From a virus, in IMG/VR virus record IMGVR_UViG_3300027976_003189: a stretch of 49,451 nt of DNA; one strand, written 5' to 3'. Within the stretch, counting starts at the first letter, position 1, and each line of letters opens with the position of its first letter. The notes beneath the pieces are model-generated. The model saw nothing but the letters and a program-made list of their open reading frames with translations. It did not search any database and was not told the origin of the DNA. The translations under genes were made by a program, and so were the position numbers. Positions 37,499-47,325 of this stretch are shown here, piece by piece.

Positions 37499-40400
37499 TC
37501 ATGTCAAATTCAAGGTTACAAATTCATTATTATCAAGTTCAAAAAGTAAAGCGAAATTCTTAACAACAGGAACATCAAAGTAAGGACCGCAATAAATAGA
37601 GCTGTCTACATTCCTAGCCTGGAATGTATAAGAATTAGATGCCAATATAAAAGAGCTTCCATCAAAAGCATCAATAGTTAAATAGTATATCTTATTTGCT
37701 TCTAATAATTCCAAATCAGGAGAGAAATCTACAGTTATCGTTTCATCAGGATTAACCTCAAATCCTTCATCTGGAATATTATTACTATTTATTAACCATC
37801 CGCTAGTATCATTTGCACTTAATTTTGTTAAGAACAAATCTGTTCTTTCACCATCTTCAAAGAACTTAACTCTAAAGTGGTAATCAGATGTAGAATTGGT
37901 TGTATTTGTAAAGTTGAAATCTATTGTATCAACAAACGAAGAGCTACAACCAGTTATATATGAATGGTTATTAGATATAAGCGTATAATCAGAGCCATCA
38001 TAAGCTTCGATTTTAACAAAGTAATACACATTGCAATTTATATTTGCTGATGCAGGAGGAGTATATAATACGTCAACTCTAGATCCTGATGATATTAACT
38101 CACCATCACTAGGTATAGCCGACCCTTCAACATTAAATCCTAATTGAGAATCTACAGAAGAAGCCTGAAATGCCTGATCTGTCAAAGAAGAATCTCGATA
38201 CAAGGTAACTCTAAAGTGATACCTTCCTGTATCAGATACGTTTCTAAAAGAGAAATCAACAGTATTGGCATATAATGCTGTACTGTAAGGACCGTACTCA
38301 TCAAACTGGTCAGCATTAATCTGTGTCCTTCCTGGACTAATTAATTTTATACCAACTCTTAAATTTTCACCTATCTTAGAAATATTGAATAATCTATTTT
38401 CATCAATAGGCTGATAATCAGACCAATCTACAGAATCAGTTGTATTAATGCCAAATACTATATCTGCTGAAATAGGAATCATATTTTGACTTGTTAATAT
38501 GCCCTTTCTTATACGACTTGGTAAAACGAAATTAGTTGTAAAGAAGTGTATAGATTCAGCAGTTATACTTCTTATAACAACATTATGAATCGTAGGAGAT
38601 ATATCCTTAGACTGCGACGTTAAAACTGCTCTAAACTGTACAAACTGTCCTATAAACGAATCTAATGAAACTCCAGATGCCTTATCTATACCATATGGTC
38701 CTGACCAGTCTTTAAGAAGAATATCCGTGCTAGTTGCACTCGTTCTGACATATATCTCTACTGTCGTATTAGTTGGCTCAGTGGTCCTCCATGATATTCT
38801 ATCCCACTTAATTAAATCATTAGTACCATTAAATATCTCACTATCATAAATACCAACTTCTTCATCTAATTTTTTCGCGGAATAAAAGAAGTCGTCTCCG
38901 TTAATAGTATCAACTATATTTCCAACGCTATCAACTTCAACTATCCTATACTGATTAACAAATTGCTGAAGATCAGATATAGATATTTCTGCAAATGTAC
39001 ATTCAATAAGATTACCAGATGAATCAAGTATATCAGATTCATTTCCTGCTCTATCAAGAAGCTTTAAGTATATTTTTTTACTTTGAGTAGGAGCATCTAT
39101 TTTTATTACTGCCGTGGAAGACACTATAAATATCACACCTGTATTTATATTTACAGTAAAATCTATAATATCAGTATCATGAGTATATTGCCATATCCAT
39201 GAACCTGTATCAACTGATAATTTATATATATGCTTTCCTATTGAAGAATATAGATTATCTTCATCAAAAGCCTTAACTGCATATGATTTAGAAGATGTAG
39301 TCTGGAAAGAATTATTAAAAGATATATCAGAAGTTTTAGATCTAATAATCTTTCCTTCTGAAGAAGTTCCTGCAAATATGTAATTTTTATCATCAATTGC
39401 AAATGTATCCAATGACGTAATAGATTCATCACTATCAGAATGGATAATTATAGCCGTAGAATCTTCAGGAGATATCCTGTACACCCTTCCGCTAGGTCCA
39501 GTAGCAGCATAAAGAACACCATTTCCTGCCGTTATACCAAATACATTACTGTCCACTCCGCTAAACAATGCTACTAATGCCTTTCCATCAAATGAATATA
39601 TTTTACCATCTGATCCTGTTCCTATATATAGTATATTATTTAATATATCAGCACAGTATGCCCTACTTCCACTAACTGCAAATGTTTTTGAACTAGAAAA
39701 ATTAACACTTGATGTTGTTTCTGGGAAAATATGTATTTTAGCTGTCTTTGTATTATGACCAATACTTACAACAAGACTTCTATTATATCTTATAACAAAA
39801 TCAATATATTCATCAGATCTAAATATTTTTACAGCAGTCCACTCCTCGGTAGCTATATTTTGCTCATACAAGACCGCTGGATTAGACGTAGCAGCATACA
39901 GCCTATTAACTATTGAGAAGTATTCTATTTTAGACCCAGAGCCAGAAGTAAATTCCAACTGCTCTGAGACAGCATCAGAACCAAGACCTAAATCATGAAT
40001 TATAGAAGTAGAAAATGGAATTGGATCTAATTCTGTAGTTCCATCTGATGTAAAGTTAGGGAAGTTAGATACTATCATCTCACTAACTCCTGACCCCTTT
40101 GCTCCATCATCCACATCTTTAATATCTACCCTGACTTTTGTTCTATCTATCTGCTCATTTACTACAATACATCCTTTTGGCTTATTAGTATCAAGAAATA
40201 CTCGATCAAAAGGAATTGAAGTAACTCTATCATTTAGTTTAACTTTTCTCTCGTCTCCCGTTGTAGATAGGAATATTTTTTCCCCAAGAATATCTAATGA
40301 TTTAGCTCTTATAATATTAGAACCAAGAGATCTTCTTTCGACATCTGTTTGAGCAAAAGAACTTAATATTCTAATATCATTTCTAATAATAACATCAACA

Positions 40401-43240
40401 GTATCGCTGTGTTTTAATTTTGTCTTAAATTTTATAGTTTTAAATTCTGAATTTGATACAGATACATCATATCCATGATGTATTCTATTTCCATTAAGAT
40501 ATACTTCAACATAAGCATCTTCCGCTATAACATCATCTTGATCTGACATAATAAAATATGTCTTATAATCATCATAACTTTCAGATGATGAAGAATAATG
40601 CTCCGGCAAAAATGATACCGTATTTGCAAACTCATTATTATCTATTAGTATCTGATTTAGAGTAGATACTGTCCCTGCCCATAGTATATTAGGATCTTGC
40701 CATGCCAGACTCTTTACGTTACTATTCCATATAATATCATTTTCTGATGTAACTCTTTCAAAAGAAGTTCCTATCATCTTGTCTATACCAGCAGGCGTAG
40801 CTATATATCTAATTGCAGAATTTCTTATTGCTATATCCTGAATTGTATTAGATGACAATCCGTTCCTTGATGTGTATTTGTTTATAACACCATTTTTATA
40901 TCTAACAAGACCTCCTGCGGTTCCAATCCAAATAACGTTATAAGGGTCTGCCTTAATAACTGTTACAAAAGAATTTGGCAACTCGCTTTTAATATTATTT
41001 TTCTCGGTAAAAACTCCGCTATCTGAAACAGAACCTACAAACATACCATCTGATTTTGTTCCAATAAATATATTATTATCAACATCAAATTCTATAGCTG
41101 TTATTTCATCTTTGGAAAATCCTGTTATATCTTTGAAAGATATATGATCTTTACTAAATATTATCTTAGAATCTGTTCCTATAAACATTACGTTATTTTG
41201 GTCAAATGATATAACCCTTATGTTATTGCTATCCATGCCTTCTATATCCTGAACAATGTTCTTAGATATATTAGAATAAAAGGTCAAGCCGCAATTAGAG
41301 GCTATCCAGGAATCTCCATAGTTGTTGACCAGTGCATCTTGTGCTACAAGATCATTTATGGGATATAAATCGCTATTTATATAAGAAGCTTCAAATGGCT
41401 CAACAGCATCCTTAGTATAATATCTAACATATTTTATTACGTAAGATCCACTTATGACATCTGAAAAGTCTCCAAATCTTATTTCTTTTCTTAAAGAAAC
41501 TCCACTTACAATTAAATCATTCTCCACATATTCATCAGAAAGTATGATATAATCTGCCGATCCAGATAAATCATAAGATACATGTCTTATCTGAGAAAAT
41601 ACATCTACAGCATTTAGATATTCATTATATTCATCATCAGCAGCCGCCATCTGTGACTTATAGAGTATATCCAAATACCCATTGAAAGAACGAGGTACAG
41701 CCGCATCTGACAAACTTCTATTATCAGGTGTAACTATATTTGTATCATAATCTCCATTACCGCTGGATACCCATCCTGCTTGTAGATTATCATAATAAGC
41801 TACTTTTAATGAACCTGCATATCCTGTCTTTATAGCATCAAGATAAGGATCTCTATACTCATCTATGTCTGGAGATAAAATTCTAAAATCTTCCCAAACA
41901 ATATAAACATTTCCTGTTGATCTTTGCAAGGACAAAACAGGGTATTTGGAATCTTTTGTTGCTGAAACAGAAATCCTATTTACAGATGATATAGGTTCCA
42001 TATCTGGTGATAATATTGACCCATATATTTCATCTAAACTATTTTTGTTATCATTCCAGACAATAAATATTTTTCCAGCATGATCTACCACCATATCTGG
42101 GTAATCTGCATTTACGAATACATCTGATCCTTGCGATATATCTCCACCTATAGTCTGTTCACCTGTTTTGGTATTTACTGATGTTATTTTTATTTTTTGT
42201 CTATCACTAGTAGTTCTTGTTACATACGCTACAAATACATTATTATTATAAACAGCAATAACAGGCTTCATACATCCAAATTTTGTATTAGTTAATCTCT
42301 TCTCTCCGGAAAATATTAACTGGTTTGAATCCCATCTGTTATAATATATTTCAGGATGGCCGTTTCTATGATCTTCCCATACAATATGGATAGTATTACT
42401 GCTATCTATATCTATTTTTGGACGAGATGATTTTCCGACTCCTGATCCTACTATATTATTTTCGCTCCATCCTGTGGAGTTTTTAATTAAGAATCCTATT
42501 GACCCATTATCGAATTCATCTGTTTGATATACAACATAAATAAGTCCAGAGCTATTTACCACAATATCTGCATATTGTATTTTGAAATCTCCAGAAATAA
42601 TAAGCTCTGGCTCTGACCATGAGTTATTTGTGTGTTTTGAATAATAAATCTGCCCAAGCCCATTTCCATCATCATGCCAAACAGCATGATTGTTTCCACT
42701 TGAATCTCTGAATATTGCAGGAGAACTTCCATTTCTTTGTTTAGAAGAACCAGTTAAAAAAGAAACATCCGCTATCTTTTCAAATTTCAAATCACCAACA
42801 GTTCTTGCAAATAATTTTAACTTATCTTTTTTACCAACAAATCTGTATTCTGTATTCTCAGTTGTATCATATGGTATCTTAACATTTGCATTAGAAAATA
42901 ATATCTCCTGAGTCATGAAGTATACAGACTCCATCCTTGTTCCATCATTAAGATAAACTCCAAATCCATCAGGATTTTGAGGGTAAGAAAATCCAAAACT
43001 ATTTTCAACTTTATTGATCTTTATATTAAAATCAACTGTCCATCCTTTAAGATTATCTGCTGAATCAACCCAGGGGGTACCAGGTTCAAACTGTGCAAAA
43101 TAGCATTTCCCACCATGAACAGATGTATATTCATCAAAATAAGGAGTATCAAAATAAGCGTACTCGTTAGTAGTACTTACGCAATCAGTTGGATTGGCAT
43201 TACCGAACCCGCTACTTGTTGTTATTAATGGATCACTCAT
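37499..43240 (-). CDS. giant virion protein with lectin-like domain, three beta-propellers, Ig-like domain and C-terminal tandem repeat
   Basis: HAVWHD/HIVWEDHR blades; Reg_prop-like LPNSFVTVI...IWIGTAGGL and GLSSNTIQDI; LYIGTGSDGKIY blades; two NTVDFSF...YHFRV repeats. Confidence 0.87.
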   Translation of the reverse strand: MSDPLITTSSGFGNANPTDCVSTTNEYAYFDTPYFDEYTSVHGGKCYFAQFEPGTPWVDSADNLKGWTVDFNIKINKVENSFGFSYPQNPDGFGVYLNDGTRMESVYFMTQEILFSNANVKIPYDTTENTEYRFVGKKDKLKLFARTVGDLKFEKIADVSFLTGSSKQRNGSSPAIFRDSSGNNHAVWHDDGNGLGQIYYSKHTNNSWSEPELIISGDFKIQYADIVVNSSGLIYVVYQTDEFDNGSIGFLIKNSTGWSENNIVGSGVGKSSRPKIDIDSSNTIHIVWEDHRNGHPEIYYNRWDSNQLIFSGEKRLTNTKFGCMKPVIAVYNNNVFVAYVTRTTSDRQKIKITSVNTKTGEQTIGGDISQGSDVFVNADYPDMVVDHAGKIFIVWNDNKNSLDEIYGSILSPDMEPISSVNRISVSATKDSKYPVLSLQRSTGNVYIVWEDFRILSPDIDEYRDPYLDAIKTGYAGSLKVAYYDNLQAGWVSSGNGDYDTNIVTPDNRSLSDAAVPRSFNGYLDILYKSQMAAADDEYNEYLNAVDVFSQIRHVSYDLSGSADYIILSDEYVENDLIVSGVSLRKEIRFGDFSDVISGSYVIKYVRYYTKDAVEPFEASYINSDLYPINDLVAQDALVNNYGDSWIASNCGLTFYSNISKNIVQDIEGMDSNNIRVISFDQNNVMFIGTDSKIIFSKDHISFKDITGFSKDEITAIEFDVDNNIFIGTKSDGMFVGSVSDSGVFTEKNNIKSELPNSFVTVIKADPYNVIWIGTAGGLVRYKNGVINKYTSRNGLSSNTIQDIAIRNSAIRYIATPAGIDKMIGTSFERVTSENDIIWNSNVKSLAWQDPNILWAGTVSTLNQILIDNNEFANTVSFLPEHYSSSSESYDDYKTYFIMSDQDDVIAEDAYVEVYLNGNRIHHGYDVSVSNSEFKTIKFKTKLKHSDTVDVIIRNDIRILSSFAQTDVERRSLGSNIIRAKSLDILGEKIFLSTTGDERKVKLNDRVTSIPFDRVFLDTNKPKGCIVVNEQIDRTKVRVDIKDVDDGAKGSGVSEMIVSNFPNFTSDGTTELDPIPFSTSIIHDLGLGSDAVSEQLEFTSGSGSKIEYFSIVNRLYAATSNPAVLYEQNIATEEWTAVKIFRSDEYIDFVIRYNRSLVVSIGHNTKTAKIHIFPETTSSVNFSSSKTFAVSGSRAYCADILNNILYIGTGSDGKIYSFDGKALVALFSGVDSNVFGITAGNGVLYAATGPSGRVYRISPEDSTAIIIHSDSDESITSLDTFAIDDKNYIFAGTSSEGKIIRSKTSDISFNNSFQTTSSKSYAVKAFDEDNLYSSIGKHIYKLSVDTGSWIWQYTHDTDIIDFTVNINTGVIFIVSSTAVIKIDAPTQSKKIYLKLLDRAGNESDILDSSGNLIECTFAEISISDLQQFVNQYRIVEVDSVGNIVDTINGDDFFYSAKKLDEEVGIYDSEIFNGTNDLIKWDRISWRTTEPTNTTVEIYVRTSATSTDILLKDWSGPYGIDKASGVSLDSFIGQFVQFRAVLTSQSKDISPTIHNVVIRSITAESIHFFTTNFVLPSRIRKGILTSQNMIPISADIVFGINTTDSVDWSDYQPIDENRLFNISKIGENLRVGIKLISPGRTQINADQFDEYGPYSTALYANTVDFSFRNVSDTGRYHFRVTLYRDSSLTDQAFQASSVDSQLGFNVEGSAIPSDGELISSGSRVDVLYTPPASANINCNVYYFVKIEAYDGSDYTLISNNHSYITGCSSSFVDTIDFNFTNTTNSTSDYHFRVKFFEDGERTDLFLTKLSANDTSGWLINSNNIPDEGFEVNPDETITVDFSPDLELLEANKIYYLTIDAFDGSSFILASNSYTFQARNVDSSIYCGPYFDVPVVKNFALLFELDNNEFVTLNLT
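37615..38265 (-). repeat. intragenic tandem duplication of a ~105-aa domain
   Basis: NTVDFSFRN...YHFRVTLYRD...IPSDG...YYFVKIEAYDGSDYTLISNNHSY versus DTIDFNFTN...YHFRVKFFED...IPDEG...YYLTIDAFDGSSFILASNSYTF. Boundaries approximate. Confidence 0.85.
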
Positions 43241-45342
43241 TATAGTATTTGCCTACCGCCTGTATTCTCAAAAGTAGTATTTATTAAAAGTCCCTCATCT
43301 GTTATAGATATAGTATCGTTATTAATTGTTTTAACTAATAACCAATTATTATCTTTTGGATTATCCAAAGTAGTGCTAATTGTTAAATCATAATCCCAAT
43401 CAGGTATTAAATAACTCTTGAATATTGTAGCCCCTTGTGAATGACTTATAACCTTATATAGCCCATTTGATGATATTTTAATTTTATTAATAGGAGAAAA
43501 TGTTCTATTAGCAGCAGTATACCTAGCAGGGGTAGATGGGTATAATTTAAATAATGAAGCTCCTATCTCTGTATCATTTGGATTAGTAGCAAATATTTTA
43601 TAACTAACAGAATCTTTAATATAACTTTCAATACCTATCGCTTCATTTCCTTCCATATCAGACAAAGTTCTAAACTGTATACTAGAATATATCTCATTTC
43701 CAGGTGCACTAAATCCTAATGTTGTATAATAAATTGTCTTATATAAAACAACTAATGGAGACTCTACAACTCCTCCTATTTCTATTTTCTTACCGTTTGT
43801 AACTTGTGTAAAATAGCCAGTTCCATCAATAGATAGTACTCTATTAACATAAATCTTAATATCACTTCCTAACCCGACTATGGTTAATGTAATTATTCCT
43901 GACATATCTATGTCGCCACTGTATACTAGTTCATCAGATAGTAATCCTATCTTCCCAGCATATAATCTTATTTCAGCAAATTTAGATCCATCTTCAATTC
44001 TTATTACTTGATATTTTTCTTCATCGAATACCTCAGATGCGCCTATGGTAAAAGACACATCTACCGTCCAACCCCTACTATTGCTAACATTGTCAGCCCA
44101 CCTAGATCCTTTAATTCTAAAAGATGCTGATTGGTATGGTCCAAAAGAGTCATCTGAACTTCCTGCTGCTATAGACACAAAGTAATCCCTACCCTTAGTT
44201 AATAAGTTTGATGGAATAGTAAATGTTGTCTGTCCAGTTGGAACAACAGAAGAGTATATATTGTCTGATCCAAAAAATGTTCCTATTCTTACAGATATAT
44301 ACCTAAATTCAACAGATGTAGGTTTGCGAATAGCCCATGATAAAACTGGCCTAGTAGAAGATATATCTAATGGATTTATCTTACCATCTACCCTTAAATC
44401 ATTTATAAAAATAGGAGTCTCTAAAATGGTTATTTTTTCAGAAACTATTGAAGAGCCGTAAACAACCCCATTAAAAGGCTGTACTTCACACCATACCATA
44501 TCTCCTGAAACTAAATCTAATCTTACATACTGTTCATCATTAGAATCAGATTGTAAAATATCATTAACATACCATCTTATTAAACTCTTATCATCTATAG
44601 CATCTTCCTCAAAAGAATAAGAAGCCTTTAATATATCATTAACATTAGGGTTAGATGGTAATATGGAAACATCATTAATAGACGGTGTGTCAGTCTGAAC
44701 TATAACAGATGTAGATGTGGTCTTTGTACCATATTCATAGCCATCTCTAGGAGATACCTCGACATACCATATATCCTTGTAAGATAAATAGGATGAGTCT
44801 ATGTACGTTTGATCGTCAAACTGCCTTGTATGAACTCCGTTTTTAAACCACCTGGTTCTGGTCCCAGATTCGCTATCTCCGTCATTATCTTGATAAGTAT
44901 AATTAAGTATTAAATTATTTGTAATTGATGGAGTTTCTGGAGATATAACTACATTAGATACAGATGGGAATGAATTAAACCTAAATGAGAATTTCTCCCA
45001 TTCGCTAGTTTCTCCATTTGCATCTGTTATCTTAACCTGTCCGTAATATGTTCTTCCTCTTACTAAATCTACGCCATTAAATTTAACAGATCTAGAAGAA
45101 CTTAGAATTGTACCAGTATCAAAAACGTTTCCTGAAAATCCGCTAAAACCCCAATCCGCTATTGAATTACCTAATTTAACTCTATATGATGCCTGATTTA
45201 CATACGATCTGTCTGAAATAATTCCATATTCATCAATAGAAATAACTGGCTTTTCGATGAATGCCCAAGAGAATACAGGCAGCCCGTCAGTGATTACTGC
45301 GGTTCCTGACTGGTTATTTGTTTTTACAATTAAATCTATCAA
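43240..45342 (-). CDS. putative virion protein: two FN3-like (rhamnosidase-N-type) domains, two A9-like Ig domains, lectin-like domain
   Basis: PVFSW...QASYRV...LVRGRTYYGQV; YTYQDNDGDSESGTRTRWFKNG; RWADNVSNSRGWTVDV. TTG start overlaps the upstream stop. Confidence 0.82.
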   Translation of the reverse strand: MIDLIVKTNNQSGTAVITDGLPVFSWAFIEKPVISIDEYGIISDRSYVNQASYRVKLGNSIADWGFSGFSGNVFDTGTILSSSRSVKFNGVDLVRGRTYYGQVKITDANGETSEWEKFSFRFNSFPSVSNVVISPETPSITNNLILNYTYQDNDGDSESGTRTRWFKNGVHTRQFDDQTYIDSSYLSYKDIWYVEVSPRDGYEYGTKTTSTSVIVQTDTPSINDVSILPSNPNVNDILKASYSFEEDAIDDKSLIRWYVNDILQSDSNDEQYVRLDLVSGDMVWCEVQPFNGVVYGSSIVSEKITILETPIFINDLRVDGKINPLDISSTRPVLSWAIRKPTSVEFRYISVRIGTFFGSDNIYSSVVPTGQTTFTIPSNLLTKGRDYFVSIAAGSSDDSFGPYQSASFRIKGSRWADNVSNSRGWTVDVSFTIGASEVFDEEKYQVIRIEDGSKFAEIRLYAGKIGLLSDELVYSGDIDMSGIITLTIVGLGSDIKIYVNRVLSIDGTGYFTQVTNGKKIEIGGVVESPLVVLYKTIYYTTLGFSAPGNEIYSSIQFRTLSDMEGNEAIGIESYIKDSVSYKIFATNPNDTEIGASLFKLYPSTPARYTAANRTFSPINKIKISSNGLYKVISHSQGATIFKSYLIPDWDYDLTISTTLDNPKDNNWLLVKTINNDTISITDEGLLINTTFENTGGRQIL

Positions 45343-46352
45343 AGCCTAATAGTCCCCTTTGTTATTTTCAAAGACCCATTTTTAATTTCTATTATATCAC
45401 CAAATTTAACTAATACATCTTCTTCCGCAGGATTTGAAAAAACAAATCTTGTATCCCACAAAAGAGGAGATCCTTGTAATATCTTCCCATCTGTTCTAGA
45501 TGCGTATATAAAACTACCATCATCAATAACTGATGTTAACCTTATAGCTGTTGGATCATCATATAGTAAGGCAAAATCTACTTCTTCGAAATCTTGATAT
45601 TCTTCTCCAAAAAGAAAATCTATTCCTGTATTTATTATTTTTTGTATTTCCGACTGATTGCTTATGGTAGAATTAAGAATTATAACATCATCTATATATC
45701 CATAATTATTTGTAACATTACCTTCCGATCCTACAAACCTGTTTATACTTACCTCAACTTCATCTGCATCTAATGTACTTGGCAAGGTTCCTTCAAGATA
45801 TAAGGATGATTCACTACCGTCTATAAATACCTTAAAAAAATTATCTCCATGAAACGTTATCCAAAAATAGTGCCACTTACTATGCTCATAAGAATCAGTT
45901 ACAGCGGTAAATGTATTACCATCAGGATCAATAAGATTAATTACAAGACTATTTCCACTATTAGCTGCCCTCTCTCTGATAATAAGAACAGGATCACCCT
46001 GTGTCCATGATCCGGCATAAGGGTCTAATATCCCTTCTGATAAATCCAAAAGAGATATATATACATCATCAAGTCCGCTATTGGTACTATTTACCACGCT
46101 TCCTGGGTTTACAGGAAAAAGCCAAAATCCTACAGAAATCTTTCTGCCAGATCGAAGTATGCATGCACTTTTAGTTAATGACTGATTTTGCTTCATCTGA
46201 TAAGCATAGTCATTATCGTCATTGTCATTATCTCCATTTAAGTAAGCAACATCTGTATCGCTTCCTTCAATAGATAGAAAATCCCCTGAAAACTCTTCCA
46301 AAAGAGAATTATCTAATTTAGCAACAAATTTTACTGCTGAAATAAATGCCAT
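45339..46352 (-). CDS. LamG/concanavalin A-like domain protein
   Basis: ISVGFWL, KWHYFWITF, KVFIDG, GYIDDVIILN. Confidence 0.85.
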   Translation of the reverse strand: MAFISAVKFVAKLDNSLLEEFSGDFLSIEGSDTDVAYLNGDNDNDDNDYAYQMKQNQSLTKSACILRSGRKISVGFWLFPVNPGSVVNSTNSGLDDVYISLLDLSEGILDPYAGSWTQGDPVLIIRERAANSGNSLVINLIDPDGNTFTAVTDSYEHSKWHYFWITFHGDNFFKVFIDGSESSLYLEGTLPSTLDADEVEVSINRFVGSEGNVTNNYGYIDDVIILNSTISNQSEIQKIINTGIDFLFGEEYQDFEEVDFALLYDDPTAIRLTSVIDDGSFIYASRTDGKILQGSPLLWDTRFVFSNPAEEDVLVKFGDIIEIKNGSLKITKGTIRL

Positions 46353-46353
46353 C

Positions 46354-47325
46354 TTATGTCCTATAGTTAATCGTCAATATAGCATTATTATTATTATATT
46401 CATCTGCATCTTTATCAAGGGTCCTCTTGATCCAGATATAAACAGTGTCTCCTGGTTGCAAATCAGATCCGTGATCCCTATCATAATAACTTAAATATAA
46501 CGGATTATCCTTATTGGCTAAAGAAAAATTTGTTACCTTTTCGGTTCCAGATTCAGGCTGTATTAATCCAGACTTTATTCTCTGAGAAGGACCAGATTCT
46601 ATCTCGTACTGAACTCCCTCAATTGTAATATATGGTAATGAAGAGTCTAAAATAAATGTCTTCGATGATAAATCGTAACTAGATATTATTCTTGTCTGAT
46701 CTACATTAGATCCACTTGTAATCCTTAATAAAGCATCTTGAAAATGATTATCAGGAAAATCATCAGACAACGCTGTGTCAATAATAGATAATTTCGTTCC
46801 GCCAGTTGCCTCACTTGATATATAATCGTTTTTAGGAAATTCAAGTGCTATTCTTATTTTTGATCTTTTACTAAAGCTATTTCTTTTTACATATACCTGA
46901 AAATCATATGCTGTTCCAGTTGTACTTGTATTTTTTATAGCAATACATCTATATTGTTCAAATGAATCATTAAATCTATTATTAAAAACACTAGTCAAAG
47001 ATATAGCTCTAACCTTATCAGATGAAATATGAGAATTTAGAATTCCTCCAAAAGCCCTATTGAGAACTTCTACATTCGTAGAAGATACGGATGTAACATT
47101 TATAATTTCAGAATTTATATTTAAAAAATTATATCCTGAAAATCCAGATACACTATCTAAAATTATACTAGAATCATATAAGGCAATATCGGAAGATAAA
47201 GAAGATTCACCATACACAGAAGATGTACTAGCATATCCTCCTATGGACTGAGATGATATAGATTGATCTATATCCGGTTCAACGCTTGTAAGTAAAAAAG
47301 CTATCTCAGATTTGAGTATTGCCAT
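46354..47325 (-). CDS. putative phage tail/baseplate-associated protein with two inserted beta domains
   Basis: SIGGYASTS...EQYRCIAIKN...DLQPGDTVYIWIKRT pattern recalled from phage structural proteins. Confidence 0.75.
   Translation of the reverse strand: MAILKSEIAFLLTSVEPDIDQSISSQSIGGYASTSSVYGESSLSSDIALYDSSIILDSVSGFSGYNFLNINSEIINVTSVSSTNVEVLNRAFGGILNSHISSDKVRAISLTSVFNNRFNDSFEQYRCIAIKNTSTTGTAYDFQVYVKRNSFSKRSKIRIALEFPKNDYISSEATGGTKLSIIDTALSDDFPDNHFQDALLRITSGSNVDQTRIISSYDLSSKTFILDSSLPYITIEGVQYEIESGPSQRIKSGLIQPESGTEKVTNFSLANKDNPLYLSYYDRDHGSDLQPGDTVYIWIKRTLDKDADEYNNNNAILTINYRT

Noticed and set aside
508-47251. All plus-strand ORFs in the track (60-179 aa)
   Set aside because: They lie antisense to well-supported minus-strand genes, lack motifs, and look like shadow frames.
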